Source: Candidatus Saccharibacteria bacterium QS_5_54_17 (lineage in GTDB: Bacteria > Patescibacteriota > Saccharimonadia > QS-5-54-17). From it: 64,000 nucleotides of DNA. This document shows, in pieces, positions 1-12,371 of the stretch. The notes beneath the pieces are model-generated. The model had not been told where the DNA came from, did no database searches, and was given only the letters and a program-made list of their open reading frames with translations. The translations under genes and the position numbers were made by a program. Numbering within the stretch: the first letter of the stretch is position 1; the number at the start of each line of letters is the position of its first letter. Location: the NCBI GenBank assembly GCA_003022365.1, contig PXOU01000019.1:4157-68156 (forward strand). Direction: 5' to 3'.

Positions 1-1
1 C

Positions 2-2659
2 ATGCAAGTCGATGATGTCGTCGCCATCATCAATGAGATCGTTCGCCTGAATAAAACCCAGGAACCCGGAGATGAAATCGATTCCTTCGCCAACCGGCGC
101 TTACGGATGGTCGGCGAGCTGATACAGCACTACTTCCGGATCGGCCTGTTGCGGATGGACCGCAATATGAAAGACCGGATGAGCGTCTACGATCTCGAGG
201 AAGTGACCGCCCAACAACTATTGAACGCACGGCCGGTAGTTGCCAGTGTCCGCGAGTTTTTCGCCAGTTCCCAGCTGAGCCAATTTATGGAGCAAGTCAA
301 TCCATTGGCCGAATTAACGCACAAACGCCGCCTCAGTGCCACGGGGCCGGGTGGCTTGAGCCGTGAACGCGCTGGATTCGAAGTACGGGACATGCACCGG
401 ACGCATTATGGCCGGGTATGTATGGTTGAGACGTCTGAAGGCGCCAATGTAGGGCTGGTATTAAGTTTGACCATCTACGCCCGGATCAATGAGTACGGAT
501 TTATAGAAACCCCGTACCGGAAAGTTATGCGGGAAGTCGCCGCCTCGGAGGCAAAGGGTTACATTGCCCGGGAAGATATCGTTGACGAATCAGGGAAGAC
601 GTTGGTCTCAGCCGACACGGAAATCACCGCCGCGCATGTTAAGAAATTAGACAATGCTGGCATCCACACCGTTCCCATTAAACCGATTGCTACCAATGAA
701 GTCGTATACCTGGACTCCCAGGATGAAGACCATACCGTGATTGCCGATGCCAGCAACACGCTGGACGAAAACGGGTATTTCGTGGAAGACCGGGTCTCGG
801 TCCGGCGCGGGGGACGTCCTGGAGAAGAAGAGACCGATCACATCACCCATATGGATATTTCTCCTCAGCAAGCGATCGGCGTTACGGCCGGTTTGATTCC
901 CTTCATAGAACAGGACGACGTGACCCGCGCCGTGATGGGGTCTAACCAGTCCCGGCAAGCAGTACCGCTTCTGCGTCCCCAAGCACCCATCGTGGGAACC
1001 GGGATGGAAGGGCCGGCCGCCTATAATTCCCGGCAAATGATCACGGCCCAAGAGGCGGGTACCGTTACCAAGGCGACAGCTAAAGAAGTCGTGGTTGATT
1101 ACCAAAGCCAGGGTGAAGTCACCCACCCACTCCATATATTTACCCGGAGTAACGACGGAACTGCCATTACGAACCAGGTAGCAGTCAATTCAGGCCAAAA
1201 GGTAGAGCCGGGCGATCTATTGGCCGACGGAATGAGTACCCAGCACGGGGAATTGGCAATCGGGGCTAACTTGCTGGTGGGATTTATGCCATGGGAAGGT
1301 TACAATTTCGAGGACGCCATCGTTATATCCCGCCGTTTGGTTGAAGATGACACGCTGACCTCAGTCCACATCGAAGAATTTTCCCTGGAGGTCCGGGAAA
1401 CCAAGCTGGGTCCCGAACAGGTTACCCGTGATATTCCCAATGTCTCCGAGGATGCCTTAGCCAATCTGGACGAAACTGGTGTGGTCCGGATCGGCGCGGA
1501 AGTAAAGCCCGGTGACATTCTGGTGGGGAAAATCACTCCCAAGGGTGAACAGGAGCTCTCCAGTGAAGAGCGTTTGCTTCGGGCCGTATTCGGTGAAAAA
1601 GCCAAGGACGTCCGGGACTCCTCCCGCCGTATGCCCGGCGGAAAACACGGCAAGGTGGTGGGGGTTAAAGTATTCACCCGGGAAAACGGCCATGAACTTA
1701 AAGCCGGCATTCTGCAAAACGTACACGTCTACGTAGCCCAAACCAGGAAAATCGCGGTCGGGGATAAACTCGGCGCCCGGCACGGCAACAAAGGTGTTAT
1801 CGCCCGGGTATTGCCCCAAGAAGATATGCCGTTTATGGAAGACGGCACCCCGATGGATATTTTGCTCAACCCGCTCGGAGTAGCCCAACGGATGAATATC
1901 GGCCAGATATTCGAAACCCATTTGGGCTGGGCGGCCTCGGCGCTGGGATACAACGTGGCCGTACCTCCGTTTGAAAAAGTATCGACCGATCATATCAAGC
2001 AGGAACTGGAGAAAGCCGGATTACCCGAAGACGGGAAAACGCAGCTATACGATGGACGGACCGGTGAGTCGTTCAAGGAACCGACCACGGTGGGCTACAT
2101 TTACGTAAACAAACTCAAGCACATGATCGACGATAAGATTCATGCCCGCTCGACCGGGCCCTACACCATGGTTACTCAGCAACCATTAGGCGGCAAAGCA
2201 CAAAATGGCGGCCAGCGCTTCGGTGAGATGGAGGTCTGGGCACTGGAAGCTTACGGTGTTGCCCATACCCTGCAGGAAATGCTGACCATTAAGTCTGATG
2301 ACGTTATCGGCCGCTCCAAAGCCTATGAATCAATCATCAAATCAGATGACATTCACGGCCCGAGACTACCTGAGTCGTTCAATGTACTGGTCAAAGAGTT
2401 ACAGAGTTTGAACTTGGACGTTGATCTGATCAAATCGGAAGAAGTGGTTGGAGCCGAGGAGGTACTGGAAGAGAAATACGAATTAGATTTAGAGGACACC
2501 GGTGTTGTTAAGGATGATCCGGGTCCGACTGTGGACGTAACCGAAGACACTGATGAAGACGACTTTGCGCTCGAAGAAGCGGAACAGTCGACCCAGGGCT
2601 CCGCGGACAGTCAAGAAAAAGAATCGGTTAGTATAGGCGAAGAGGAAGGTAAGGAGTAA
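2..2659 (+). CDS. rpoB: DNA-directed RNA polymerase beta subunit, C-terminal 885 aa; 5' end outside window
   Basis: Conserved RpoB C-terminal blocks (NADFDGD-like, GHGNKGV); acidic low-complexity tail; directly precedes rpoC. Confidence 0.97.
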   Translation: MQVDDVVAIINEIVRLNKTQEPGDEIDSFANRRLRMVGELIQHYFRIGLLRMDRNMKDRMSVYDLEEVTAQQLLNARPVVASVREFFASSQLSQFMEQVNPLAELTHKRRLSATGPGGLSRERAGFEVRDMHRTHYGRVCMVETSEGANVGLVLSLTIYARINEYGFIETPYRKVMREVAASEAKGYIAREDIVDESGKTLVSADTEITAAHVKKLDNAGIHTVPIKPIATNEVVYLDSQDEDHTVIADASNTLDENGYFVEDRVSVRRGGRPGEEETDHITHMDISPQQAIGVTAGLIPFIEQDDVTRAVMGSNQSRQAVPLLRPQAPIVGTGMEGPAAYNSRQMITAQEAGTVTKATAKEVVVDYQSQGEVTHPLHIFTRSNDGTAITNQVAVNSGQKVEPGDLLADGMSTQHGELAIGANLLVGFMPWEGYNFEDAIVISRRLVEDDTLTSVHIEEFSLEVRETKLGPEQVTRDIPNVSEDALANLDETGVVRIGAEVKPGDILVGKITPKGEQELSSEERLLRAVFGEKAKDVRDSSRRMPGGKHGKVVGVKVFTRENGHELKAGILQNVHVYVAQTRKIAVGDKLGARHGNKGVIARVLPQEDMPFMEDGTPMDILLNPLGVAQRMNIGQIFETHLGWAASALGYNVAVPPFEKVSTDHIKQELEKAGLPEDGKTQLYDGRTGESFKEPTTVGYIYVNKLKHMIDDKIHARSTGPYTMVTQQPLGGKAQNGGQRFGEMEVWALEAYGVAHTLQEMLTIKSDDVIGRSKAYESIIKSDDIHGPRLPESFNVLVKELQSLNLDVDLIKSEEVVGAEEVLEEKYELDLEDTGVVKDDPGPTVDVTEDTDEDDFALEEAEQSTQGSADSQEKESVSIGEEEGKE

Positions 2660-2661
2660 CC

Positions 2662-5600
2662 ATGGCGGATTATTTACACGAGAAAAACGCTTCGGATTTT
2701 GACGCGATCCAGTTGAGTATTGCCGGGCCCGATGAGATATTATCGTGGTCCCACGGGGAGGTGTTAAAGCCGGAGACGATCAACTACCGGACGCAAAAAC
2801 CGGAAAAAGACGGTCTGTTCGATGAGCGTATTTTCGGCCCCACCAAGGACTTCGAGTGTTATTGCGGGAAATACAAGGGCGCCCATTACCGCGGCGTGAC
2901 CTGTGACAGATGCGGTGTTTTGGTTGCCCGGGCGATCGTGCGCCGGGAGCGTATGGGGCATATCGCGCTGGCAGTACCCGTAACTCATGTGTGGTTCCTG
3001 CGCCGGACTCCTTCCAGTATCGGGCTGGTACTGAACATGACCGCCAAGAACCTGGAAAAGATAACCTACTTTGCCAATTACGCGGTGACCAGCGTAGATG
3101 AGGACAAAAAAGAAGAATATCTCCGGGAAATGGAAACCGCTTACGAAAACAATAAAGCTGCCATCAAGCAAAAGTTTGAGGAAATGGCCTCCCAGGAGGG
3201 ACAGGACGAGCAGGCGTTGGCCCAGCAGCGAAACCAGGAACTGGAAGAAGCGGAACAGACCTACACCACTGAACGTTCCAAGTTGGAGTCTTTGGTGGAA
3301 AAAGCGTTACTGAGTGAGCAGGATTATCGGGAGCTGCGTGATCAGTATTCCGATGTTTTCAGTGCCCAAACAGGAGCGGAAGCCATCAAAACGCTCTTAA
3401 AGAGTATCGATCTGGATCGAACGGTCGGGGAATTACGGGAAGCCGCTCAGGAAACCCAGGGCCAGCGGCAACGCAAAATCCTCAAGCGCCTGAAAAAACT
3501 GGAAGGCATGCAAAAGGCCGGCATTAAGCCGGAATGGATGATCGTCGAGCATGTACCCGTCATTCCGCCCGAGTTACGGCCCATGGTGCAGTTAACCGGC
3601 GGGCGTTTCGCCACATCGGATCTCAACGACCTATACCGGCGGGTGATCAACCGGAATAACCGCTTGAAGAAGCTGATCGATCTGAATGCTCCCGAAGTAA
3701 TCTGCCGGAACGAAATGCGGATGCTCCAGGAGGCGGTCGACGCGCTTATAGACAATAGCCACGTTCGCGGTGGCCGCGCGGTCAACGCTGCCGGCGGTCG
3801 GCGCAAGCTCAAGAGCTTAAGTGATCAGTTGCGCGGCAAACAAGGCCGGTTCCGCCAGAACCTGCTCGGCAAGCGGGTGGATTACTCCGGTAGAAGCGTC
3901 ATCGTCTCCGGCCCTGATCTCCAGTTACACCAATGCGGATTACCGAAAATGATGGCGCTTGATCTGTTCAAGCCATTCGTGATTGGCAAGTTAATGGAGG
4001 ATGAAACCGCCCATAACGTGAAAGCGGCCAGTCAGATGATCGATAACAACGAGCCGATTATCTGGGACGCGCTTGACGCGGTCATCGAAGGTAAATACGT
4101 GTTACTAAACCGGGCGCCCACGCTGCATCGGCTCGGCGTCCAGGCATTCCAACCGGTATTGGTTGAAGGAAAAGCCATTCAGCTTCATCCCCTGGTGTGC
4201 GGTGGTTTCAATGCCGACTTTGATGGCGATCAAATGGCCGTACACATACCTCTCAGCGATGAAGCCCAAACCGAAGCCCGTGAAATTATGGCATCCGACA
4301 AAAATCTGCTCTACCCATTAGACGGCACCGTTATGGTGTCAATCATGCAGGATATGGTACTGGGGGCTTACTATATGACCTACCAACCTCCATCCCTGGA
4401 GGAGACGCCCCGGCACTCCTATGCCTCTGAATCCGAAGCCATCTACGCCTATGAAGCCGGCAGCATTACCTTGCAAACACCCAACTCCGTAGTCTGTGAT
4501 GACGGAGAGACCCGCGTTACGACGGTGGGGCGCATTTTGTTCAACCAGATTCTCCCCGATGACTTTTCCTTCCGGAATCACACCTTCATTAAGTCCGACT
4601 TAACCAAACTGGCTACCGAAATTTTCAACCGCTACGGCATGGATGTGTTGGGCGAAGTAGCCGACCGGATCAAAGAAACCGGGTTCGAGTATGCCACCAA
4701 TTCCGGACTTTCCACCGGTATGGATGATTACATTATTCCGGATGCCAAGACAAAAATTGTCCAAGAAGGTGAAGACCGTGCCAGCGAGATCGACGAGCAA
4801 TACGATCAGGGCTTGATTACTGAAGAGGAGCGGTATCGCCTGACGGTGGACGCCTGGCTGAAAGCCGACGATGAAATAAAAGCTGCCGTCAAAGAAGATT
4901 TCCAGCAGCAGGAAAATAGCACCACCATCATAACGCTCTCGGGCGCCCGGGCGAAAATGGGGGCGATCAACCAGATCATCGGTATGACCGGGTTGCGCCA
5001 GGATGTCTACGGCAACACCATCGAACTCCCCATCAAGAGTAACTATAAAGAAGGGCTGGATGTTTTAGAGTACTTCACCGATGCCCGCGCCTCTCGCAAG
5101 GTACTGATTGACACTGCGCTTAAAACCGCCGATTCGGGCTATCTGACCCGGCGTCTGGTCGATGTTTCCCAGGATGTGTTTACAGTCGAGGACGATTGCG
5201 GTGACGATGAAGGCGTTGCTATGGATCGAGAAGAAGCACACGATCTCGACGTTGGCTTTGCCGAGCGATTGAGTGGCCGCGTGGCAGCGGAAGACCTTGA
5301 AGGTATTGTCAAAAACGGGGAACTTATCGGCCGTGATCAAGCCGAGATGATCGAATCCAGCGACCGGGAAACGGTTCGCGTCCGGAGCCTTCTTTCCTGC
5401 CGCTCCGTTCGCGGCGTCTGCCGTCAATGTTATGGCCAGGATCTTTCTACTGGGGAAATGGTCAACAACCGTGTGCCCGTCGGTGTCATGGCAGCCCAGG
5501 CTATCGGCGAGCCGGGCACACAGTTGACGTTGCGGACCTTCCACGGCGGTGGCGGCGCCGGAGAAGACATTACCCAGGGGTTACCCCGTGTCAATGAGTT

Positions 5601-6471
5601 GTTTGAGGCGCAGAACCCCAAAGGCCAGGCGCAGCTGGCTGACATGGAAGGCACGATAAGCATCGGTGATCACGACACCTATTACACGGTTCGCTTAACC
5701 CCAACCAGTAACCCCGAACACAGCTATGATATCCAGGGTATGATTCCTGCTATTGCCGATGGCGATACGGTAAAGCCGGGCGATGTTATTGCCACCAGCG
5801 AGGATGACCGGCGGATCGTCAGCGCCAACATGAGCGGAACTGCCCAAGTCAGTAAAAACCAGATCAAAGTTACGGCCGAAAAAATGGGGGCGCGGGAATA
5901 TACGGTTCCCAAGTATCGCAACCTCTTAGTCGGCGATGGCGAGCAGGTTACGGCCGGGCAGCGGCTTACCAGCGGGTCGGTCAATGTGCAGGATCTTTTG
6001 AATCTTACCGATACCAGCCAAGTGCAACGCTATATCATCAACGAAGTCCAGCGCGTTTTCAGTCTGCAGGGTACGACCATTGCCGATAAACATTTGGAAG
6101 TCATTGTTCGCCAAATGACTTCGCGGGTACAGATCGAAAACCCGGGAGACAGTCTGTTCGTTACCGGTGATGTGGTTACCAAGGCACGGATTATCCAGGA
6201 AAACCAGCAACTTCGGGCAAACAACCAACAGCCGATCGCCTACAAACAGCTCTTGCTGGGGATTAGTAAAACCTCACTGAGTACTGAATCCTGGCTGTCG
6301 GCGGCATCCTTCCAGGACACCACCCGGATACTGATCAATGCGGCGACGGCCGGCAGTATTGATCACCTCTACGGCCTGAAAGAAAATGTCATCATCGGAC
6401 GAAAGATCCCGGTGGGGACCGGCTACCAGCCAGACGCTGACAGCGAAGCAGACGCAGAAGTTGACGAATAG
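2662..6471 (+). CDS. rpoC: DNA-directed RNA polymerase beta' subunit
   Basis: 1269 aa; N-terminal Zn finger CxxC..CxxC, NADFDGD motif; SD aaggag 7 nt upstream of ATG. Confidence 0.97.
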   Translation: MADYLHEKNASDFDAIQLSIAGPDEILSWSHGEVLKPETINYRTQKPEKDGLFDERIFGPTKDFECYCGKYKGAHYRGVTCDRCGVLVARAIVRRERMGHIALAVPVTHVWFLRRTPSSIGLVLNMTAKNLEKITYFANYAVTSVDEDKKEEYLREMETAYENNKAAIKQKFEEMASQEGQDEQALAQQRNQELEEAEQTYTTERSKLESLVEKALLSEQDYRELRDQYSDVFSAQTGAEAIKTLLKSIDLDRTVGELREAAQETQGQRQRKILKRLKKLEGMQKAGIKPEWMIVEHVPVIPPELRPMVQLTGGRFATSDLNDLYRRVINRNNRLKKLIDLNAPEVICRNEMRMLQEAVDALIDNSHVRGGRAVNAAGGRRKLKSLSDQLRGKQGRFRQNLLGKRVDYSGRSVIVSGPDLQLHQCGLPKMMALDLFKPFVIGKLMEDETAHNVKAASQMIDNNEPIIWDALDAVIEGKYVLLNRAPTLHRLGVQAFQPVLVEGKAIQLHPLVCGGFNADFDGDQMAVHIPLSDEAQTEAREIMASDKNLLYPLDGTVMVSIMQDMVLGAYYMTYQPPSLEETPRHSYASESEAIYAYEAGSITLQTPNSVVCDDGETRVTTVGRILFNQILPDDFSFRNHTFIKSDLTKLATEIFNRYGMDVLGEVADRIKETGFEYATNSGLSTGMDDYIIPDAKTKIVQEGEDRASEIDEQYDQGLITEEERYRLTVDAWLKADDEIKAAVKEDFQQQENSTTIITLSGARAKMGAINQIIGMTGLRQDVYGNTIELPIKSNYKEGLDVLEYFTDARASRKVLIDTALKTADSGYLTRRLVDVSQDVFTVEDDCGDDEGVAMDREEAHDLDVGFAERLSGRVAAEDLEGIVKNGELIGRDQAEMIESSDRETVRVRSLLSCRSVRGVCRQCYGQDLSTGEMVNNRVPVGVMAAQAIGEPGTQLTLRTFHGGGGAGEDITQGLPRVNELFEAQNPKGQAQLADMEGTISIGDHDTYYTVRLTPTSNPEHSYDIQGMIPAIADGDTVKPGDVIATSEDDRRIVSANMSGTAQVSKNQIKVTAEKMGAREYTVPKYRNLLVGDGEQVTAGQRLTSGSVNVQDLLNLTDTSQVQRYIINEVQRVFSLQGTTIADKHLEVIVRQMTSRVQIENPGDSLFVTGDVVTKARIIQENQQLRANNQQPIAYKQLLLGISKTSLSTESWLSAASFQDTTRILINAATAGSIDHLYGLKENVIIGRKIPVGTGYQPDADSEADAEVDE

Positions 6472-6633
6472 TATGCCCTCTGTCAGACTAGCTACTGTCC
6501 TCAAACCCGATTGGTGTGGTGGAAACCTAAAAACACGGGATAGATTGCCGGGTTCACTGCAGCTGTTCCGGCGAGAAGTCTGGGGTGTGTTTTTCCCGCC
6601 ACAACCAAAAACTTTCGGGAATGGAGTTTTGAT

Positions 6634-7041
6634 ATGCCGACAATGAATCAATTAGTCAACAAACCGCGCAAGAAGAAGAAGCGGCAGTCCAAGTCCGCGG
6701 CGCTGCACCAAGTCAACAACGTGTTACAGAATCGGACCTACGAAAGTCCGTCTCCACTGAAGCGCGGGGTGTGTTTGCGCGTTACCACCCAAAGCCCTAA
6801 GAAACCGAACTCAGCTTTGCGGAAAATTGCCCGTGTCCGTTTGACGAACGGCAAGGAAGTAACCGCCTATATTCCCGGGGAAGGCCACAACCTCCAAGAG
6901 CACTCGGTGGTACTGGTCCGTGGCGGCAGTGTTAAAGACTTGCCCGGCGTCCGGTATCATGTGGTTCGCGGCGCCTTTGATACCGCCGGCGTGTCCGATC
7001 GGACCCAAGCACGCAGTAAATACGGAACCAAGAAAGGGTAA
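6634..7041 (+). CDS. rpsL: 30S ribosomal protein S12
   Basis: MPT.NQLV.. [10 protein letters not shown] motif; str operon position. Confidence 0.95.
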   Translation: MPTMNQLVNKPRKKKKRQSKSAALHQVNNVLQNRTYESPSPLKRGVCLRVTTQSPKKPNSALRKIARVRLTNGKEVTAYIPGEGHNLQEHSVVLVRGGSVKDLPGVRYHVVRGAFDTAGVSDRTQARSKYGTKKG

Positions 7042-7044
7042 GCT

Positions 7045-7521
7045 ATGCCGCGCAAGAAAACCAAGGTCCTCCAGCGACATATCCAGCCGGACCGGAAATA
7101 CGACAGTGTACTGGTGCAACGCTTTATCAATAAAGTTATGCAAGATGGTAAAAAACTGAAAGCTGAGCGGATTGTCTATGACGCATTCCAAGAAGTGGAG
7201 CGGCGCACTAACCAACAGGCACTCGAGGTATTCCAACAAGCTATTGAAAACGCGGCGCCGTCACTGGAAGTCAAATCACGCCGTGTCGGCGGCGCCAATT
7301 ACCAAGTACCTTTCGAAGTCCACGGTAATCGCCGCACACATTTGGTACTGATGTGGATGGTACAGGCAGTCCGAGGCAAGAGCGGCCAACCTACCAGCCA
7401 GCGCATTGCCGACGAAATCATCAATGCCTACAACGAAACCGGCGACACGTTCAAAAAGAAAGAAGATTCCCACCGAATGGCTGAAGCTAACCGCGCCTTC
7501 GCGCACTTGGCACGGTTTTAA
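7045..7521 (+). CDS. rpsG: 30S ribosomal protein S7
   Basis: S7 family sequence; follows rpsL. Confidence 0.95.
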   Translation: MPRKKTKVLQRHIQPDRKYDSVLVQRFINKVMQDGKKLKAERIVYDAFQEVERRTNQQALEVFQQAIENAAPSLEVKSRRVGGANYQVPFEVHGNRRTHLVLMWMVQAVRGKSGQPTSQRIADEIINAYNETGDTFKKKEDSHRMAEANRAFAHLARF

Positions 7522-7647
7522 TCATGGCAGGATGGTTGCGCTACGATGCCCGAGAAATAGAAAGCGACCGGGCAGGGTTAGCGGCTGCTGCCAATGCGGC
7601 TGTCAATCAGTTCCCAAACCAACGACTGAATCAATCAAGGGGTTGTT

Positions 7648-9717
7648 ATGGGTAAACGTGACTACGCCTTAGATGTCACCAGAAATATCGGCACGATCGC
7701 CCACATCGATGCCGGGAAAACGACGGTCACCGAAGGCATTCTCTACCGGACGGGCATCGTGCACCGGATCGGGGCGGTCCATGAAGGTGAAGCCACCATG
7801 GACTGGATGTCCCAGGAGCAGGAACGCGGTATCACCATTACCTCGGCGGCGACGACCTGTTTCTGGAATGACCACCGCATCAACATCATTGATACTCCCG
7901 GGCACATCGACTTCACCGTTGAGGTGGAACGGTCGCTGCGGGTTCTTGACGGGGCGGTCGTCATTTTCGACGGCAAGATGGGCGTAGAGCCCCAGTCGGA
8001 AACGGTGTGGCATCAAGCGGACAAATACCATGTACCCCGGATTTGCTTTATTAATAAAATCAACCAGACCGGAGGCGATTTCTACCACAGCCTGGAGACC
8101 ATTCAAGAACAACTGAGCAGCAACGCCTACCCCATTCACTTACCGATCGGGCATGAACAGGACATCAACGGCGTGGTCGATTTGATTGAGATGAAGGCCT
8201 ACACCTATGACAATTTCAGTGACAAACAGCTCCACGTGGATGAGGTACCCGAAGATATGCACCAGAAGTGTCAGCGCTACCGGCAACACCTGATTGAAGG
8301 TGCCCTGGAAAATGACGACGAATTATTGGAAAAATATTTGGAAACCGGCCAGTTGGGGGTGGACGAAATCAAGTCGGCCGTCCGGAAGTCGGTGCTGACC
8401 GGCCAATTCTTTCTGGTTACCGGGGGCGATGGCCGCGGAGTGATCGTGGAAAAACTATTGGACGCGATTACTGATTTTCTCCCCAGTCCGTTGGATGTGC
8501 CGCCCGCTGAAGGGGAAGACCCCAAAACCGGTGAGGCGATCATTCGTGCCGCTGACGATGAGGGTCCGTTCGCTGCCCTGGCGTTTAAGATCGCGGCTGA
8601 CCCGTATGTCGGCAAGTTGACCTTTTTCCGGGTCTATTCGGGAACCATGAAGACCGGTTCTTACCTATTAAACGCCAATACCGGCGAAAAAGAGCGGGTC
8701 GGCCGGATCGTGCGACTGCATTCCAACCACCGCGAGGAAGTCAATGAGGTGTATACCGGAGATATCGCGGCTGCGGTGGGGTTGAAGCAAACTACGACCG
8801 GAGATACCCTGTCTGACTTTGACCAGCCCATTATGCTGGAAAACATTACCTTTCCCGATCCACCGGTCCAAGTAGCGATTGAACCCAAGACCAAGGCTGA
8901 TCAAGAAAAAATGTCCCAAGCGCTGCAACGGTTGGCGGAAGAGGACCCGACATTCCAACTGTCAACAGACGAAGAGACCGGCCAAACACTGGTTGCCGGT
9001 ATGGGCGAACTGCATCTGCACATTATCGTCGATCGGCTGAAGCGCGAATTCAAAGTGGACGCCAACGTCGGCAATCCGCAGGTCGCCTATCGGGAGGCCA
9101 TCAAGAAACCGGTTAAAAATATCGAATCCCAATTCATTAAACAGAGCGGGGGTCGTGGTCAGTACGGACACGTCATTATCGATGTCGAGCCGTTGGAACG
9201 TGGCGAGGGATTTCAGTTTGAAAACAAAATCGTCGGCGGCGTGATACCCAAGGAATTCATTAATCCGATCCAGCAGGGGATAGGAGAAGCGCTGGCCAGT
9301 GGTGTCGTTGCCGGCTACCCGGTTATAGACGTGGGGGTTACGCTCCACGACGGTTCCTATCACGAGGTCGATTCTTCGGAAGTGGCATTTAAAATGGCCG
9401 GCTCTATGGCGATCCAGGACGCGGTCAAGCAGGCCAATCCGGTACTGCTGGAGCCGATCATGAGAGTTGATGTGACTATGCCCGAGGAATTCATGGGCGA
9501 TGTCATGGGCGACATTAACTCCCGCCGCGGTCGGGTCGAATCCATGAGCGACCGGGCTAAGGCCAAGCTCCTGGAGGCTTATGTGCCGCTGGCTGAGATG
9601 TTCGGTTACGAAACCGATCTCCGCTCGATTACTCAGGGCCGGGCGGCCAGCGCCATGGAGCTGGCTCATTACGAGGAAGTGCCGTCCAATGTGGCCGAAA
9701 CCATCATCGGATCTTAA
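7648..9717 (+). CDS. fusA: elongation factor G
   Basis: GTPase G1 [17 protein letters not shown]; 689 aa; str operon. Confidence 0.97.
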   Translation: MGKRDYALDVTRNIGTIAHIDAGKTTVTEGILYRTGIVHRIGAVHEGEATMDWMSQEQERGITITSAATTCFWNDHRINIIDTPGHIDFTVEVERSLRVLDGAVVIFDGKMGVEPQSETVWHQADKYHVPRICFINKINQTGGDFYHSLETIQEQLSSNAYPIHLPIGHEQDINGVVDLIEMKAYTYDNFSDKQLHVDEVPEDMHQKCQRYRQHLIEGALENDDELLEKYLETGQLGVDEIKSAVRKSVLTGQFFLVTGGDGRGVIVEKLLDAITDFLPSPLDVPPAEGEDPKTGEAIIRAADDEGPFAALAFKIAADPYVGKLTFFRVYSGTMKTGSYLLNANTGEKERVGRIVRLHSNHREEVNEVYTGDIAAAVGLKQTTTGDTLSDFDQPIMLENITFPDPPVQVAIEPKTKADQEKMSQALQRLAEEDPTFQLSTDEETGQTLVAGMGELHLHIIVDRLKREFKVDANVGNPQVAYREAIKKPVKNIESQFIKQSGGRGQYGHVIIDVEPLERGEGFQFENKIVGGVIPKEFINPIQQGIGEALASGVVAGYPVIDVGVTLHDGSYHEVDSSEVAFKMAGSMAIQDAVKQANPVLLEPIMRVDVTMPEEFMGDVMGDINSRRGRVESMSDRAKAKLLEAYVPLAEMFGYETDLRSITQGRAASAMELAHYEEVPSNVAETIIGS

Positions 9718-9813
9718 GCCTGAAACCAAAGCAAAACCAACTTCGCCGCGACCGCTTCTGTGGTGGTATGCATTTTTGGCGTTTCCGATGGAGGAAAATC
9801 GTCCAACAGGGGT

Positions 9814-9841
9814 TTACAAGCATCCAGGCAAAACCTATAAT
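9814..9841 (+). promoter_or_regulatory. candidate sigma70-type promoter upstream of tuf (TTACAA-16-TATAAT)
   Basis: Hexamers read directly in the 195-nt fusA-tuf spacer. Confidence 0.4.
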
Positions 9842-9911
9842 CATTACCTGACGAAAAGGCGCCACATGAGTGTCCGGGAAATTAGATTAACGCAACGTAA
9901 GGAGAGGTCAC

Positions 9912-11096
9912 ATGGCCGAATTCGAACGCGATAAAAATCACATTAACGTAGGTACGATGGGTCACGTTGACCACGGCAAAACTACCCTGACTGCTGCCAT
10001 AACGAGCGTATTAGCCGAAAAAGTACCTACCGAAGCCAACAAGCAGGTAGCCTACGAGCAAATCGACAATGCCCCCGAAGAGCGGGAGCGCGGCATTACG
10101 ATTGCCACCTCACACAACGAGTACGAGACCGAAAATCGCCATTACGCCCACGTGGATATGCCGGGACACGCCGATTACGTCAAAAACATGGTTACCGGCG
10201 CCGCCCAGGTTGACGGCGCGGTTCTGGTGGTGTCGGCGGCTGATGGGCCCATGCCCCAGACCCGGGAACACGTGTTGCTGGCTCGCCAGGTCGGCGTTCC
10301 CAGCGTGGTCGTCTACTTGAACAAAACCGATCTCGTCGATGATGACGAATTGGTTGATTTGGTGGAAATGGAAGTGCGCGAGCTGCTTGAACAGTATGGA
10401 TTCGACAAAGACGCACCGATCGTCAAAGGCTCGGCTTTGAAAGCCATTGAGGGCGATGAAGCTGAACAAGAAAAAGTCATGGAACTGATCAACAGCATGG
10501 ATGACTACTTCCCCGAACCAGAGCGGGAAGTGGATAAAGACTTCCTCATGCCCATCGAGGACGTTTTCTCCATCAAAGGCCGGGGTACAGTGGCCACCGG
10601 CCGGGTTGAGCAGGGAGTGATTAACACCGGAGACGAGGTAGAACTCGTCGGGTTGCGCGATACGGTCAAAACCACGGTTACCGGCGTTGAAATGTTTAAC
10701 AAATCGCTGGATCAAGGCCAAGCCGGCGACAACATCGGCGCCTTGCTCCGTGGCGTGGAACGTGAAGACGTAGAGCGCGGCCAAGTGCTGGCCAAACCCG
10801 GTACCATTACCCCCCATACTGAATTCGAGGCCGAGGTTTACGTCCTCAACAAAGACGAAGGCGGACGCCACACCCAGTTCTTTAGTGGATACAAGCCACA
10901 GTTCTATTTCCGCACCACTGATGTGACCGGTGAAGTTACTCTGCCGGAAGGTACTGAAATGGTTATGCCCGGGGACAACGCCACGTTCCAGGTGCAGTTA
11001 ATCCAGCCGATAGCTATGGAAGAAGGACTCCGCTTCGCCATCCGTGAAGGCGGCAAAACGGTCGGCGCCGGTGTCGTTACCCAAATTACCAAGTAG
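9912..11096 (+). CDS. tuf: elongation factor Tu
   Basis: [21 protein letters not shown] motifs; 394 aa. Confidence 0.97.
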   Translation: MAEFERDKNHINVGTMGHVDHGKTTLTAAITSVLAEKVPTEANKQVAYEQIDNAPEERERGITIATSHNEYETENRHYAHVDMPGHADYVKNMVTGAAQVDGAVLVVSAADGPMPQTREHVLLARQVGVPSVVVYLNKTDLVDDDELVDLVEMEVRELLEQYGFDKDAPIVKGSALKAIEGDEAEQEKVMELINSMDDYFPEPEREVDKDFLMPIEDVFSIKGRGTVATGRVEQGVINTGDEVELVGLRDTVKTTVTGVEMFNKSLDQGQAGDNIGALLRGVEREDVERGQVLAKPGTITPHTEFEAEVYVLNKDEGGRHTQFFSGYKPQFYFRTTDVTGEVTLPEGTEMVMPGDNATFQVQLIQPIAMEEGLRFAIREGGKTVGAGVVTQITK

Positions 11097-11171
11097 CCAC
11101 ATGTCATATGCCATATGTCACTACCACTGTTTTTCGCTTGCATACTCTCATAAGGCGAGCCGAGGTTGCTG

Positions 11172-11489
11172 ATGGCTGAAGCGACCAAACAGCGTATCCG
11201 GATCCGCTTGAAGGCATACGATCACAAACTCGTTGATCAATCGGCCAAGCAGATCATCGACACGGCAATCCGTACCGGTGCCAGTGTGTCGGGTCCGGTA
11301 CCGCTGCCGACCGACCGGAATGAATATACGGTGATCCGGGGAGCGTTCAAACACAAGGACTCCCAAGAGCAGTTCGAGATGCGGGTACACAAACGCTTGA
11401 TCGATATCACCGAACCTACCGACAAGACTATAGACAATTTGATGAACTTAAGCCTGCCAACCGGGGTAGACACTGAAATCAAAATGTAG
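11172..11489 (+). CDS. rpsJ: 30S ribosomal protein S10
   Basis: [14 protein letters not shown] signature; ATG at 11172 with GAGG 6 nt upstream (ORF track starts at a TTG, 11166). Confidence 0.93.
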   Translation: MAEATKQRIRIRLKAYDHKLVDQSAKQIIDTAIRTGASVSGPVPLPTDRNEYTVIRGAFKHKDSQEQFEMRVHKRLIDITEPTDKTIDNLMNLSLPTGVDTEIKM

Positions 11490-11602
11490 CATGCAATGAG
11501 GGGCCTTTTGGGCTGCGTTTGGCCGTTTTCCCCGGCCGCATCCGCAAAAAACCTCACATATCGGATATGCCTACGGGAGGTTATTTGCTATAGTAACAGC
11601 TC

Positions 11603-12058
11603 ATGGAAGCAGTGTTTGATTACTCCTATGGCGTGATCCCCCTGTGGCAGGAGACCGATCACCCCCAAGTACTCCTCGTCCAGCATAATGCCGGTCATTG
11701 GAGCTTCCCCAAGGGCCACCCTGAGTCAGGCGAAACACCGGTCCAGACAGCCAAACGGGAGCTGGAAGAAGAAACAGGGGTAGTTAACCTGACATTACAG
11801 GAAACACCCTCGTTCAAGCAGCAATATACTTTCTCCCGAAACGGAACCCTCCATCACAAAACCGTTATCTATTTCCCCGCTTTGTTGCATGAGGGGGGCG
11901 TTTCGGTGGATCCTGAGGAGATTTACCAGCACCGATGGGCGCGGCCACAGCAGGCACGGGAATTGCTGCGATTCCAAGGCCAGTCCAACCCGGCTTTGGA
12001 GGCATTCCTCTCTTGGTGGTATGGAGCGTCAGCGCAGAATACTCGTGAGCAGAAGTAA
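11603..12058 (+). CDS. NUDIX hydrolase
   Basis: Nudix box GHPESGETPVQTAKRELEEETGV; -10-like TATAGT 8 nt before ATG, no SD. Confidence 0.8.
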   Translation: MEAVFDYSYGVIPLWQETDHPQVLLVQHNAGHWSFPKGHPESGETPVQTAKRELEEETGVVNLTLQETPSFKQQYTFSRNGTLHHKTVIYFPALLHEGGVSVDPEEIYQHRWARPQQARELLRFQGQSNPALEAFLSWWYGASAQNTREQK

Positions 12059-12113
12059 TCCCTTGCCCCTTACCGCTCGCCAATTGGATAACAATTTGAT
12101 TTAATAGGAGGTA

Positions 12114-12371
12114 ATGGCACCCGAGACACCCACCAAGCAAACCGAAACCGATGCAACCTATTTTTTGAAAATCCTGCTATTTTTCATAGTTGGGGCCATA
12201 TGGATCGAAATTACGGCTTGGAATACCTCACTGCCCCTGGGGTTGGGATTAGGTTTACTGTTCGCCAGCCATGATCACTTCCAGATCGATCGAAAAATAG
12301 AATACGCCGTGTTATTGGTAGCGGCCATAGTCAGTTTCGCCGTGCCGATCGGTATTATGGCCCGGATATGA
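12114..12371 (+). CDS. small hypothetical membrane protein (two predicted TM helices)
   Basis: Strong SD aggagg; hydrophobic helices; ATGA overlap with the next gene suggests translational coupling. Confidence 0.5.
   Translation: MAPETPTKQTETDATYFLKILLFFIVGAIWIEITAWNTSLPLGLGLGLLFASHDHFQIDRKIEYAVLLVAAIVSFAVPIGIMARI

Noticed and set aside
8962-9729. 255-aa minus-strand ORF opposite fusA; similar long antisense ORFs at 10110..10871 (tuf), 45548..46411 (proS), 58430..59521 (nrdJ), 62217..62705 and 63096..63617 (ileS), 36723..37007 (prmC)
   Set aside because: Each lies wholly antisense to a confidently identified conserved gene. High GC suppresses stop codons, and the translations are low-complexity and Arg/Pro/Gly-rich with no motifs.
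11490-11602. Rho-independent terminator after rpsJ
   Set aside because: A GGCCG/CGGCC hairpin is present but is followed by an A-run rather than a T-run on the coding strand, so there is no canonical terminator.
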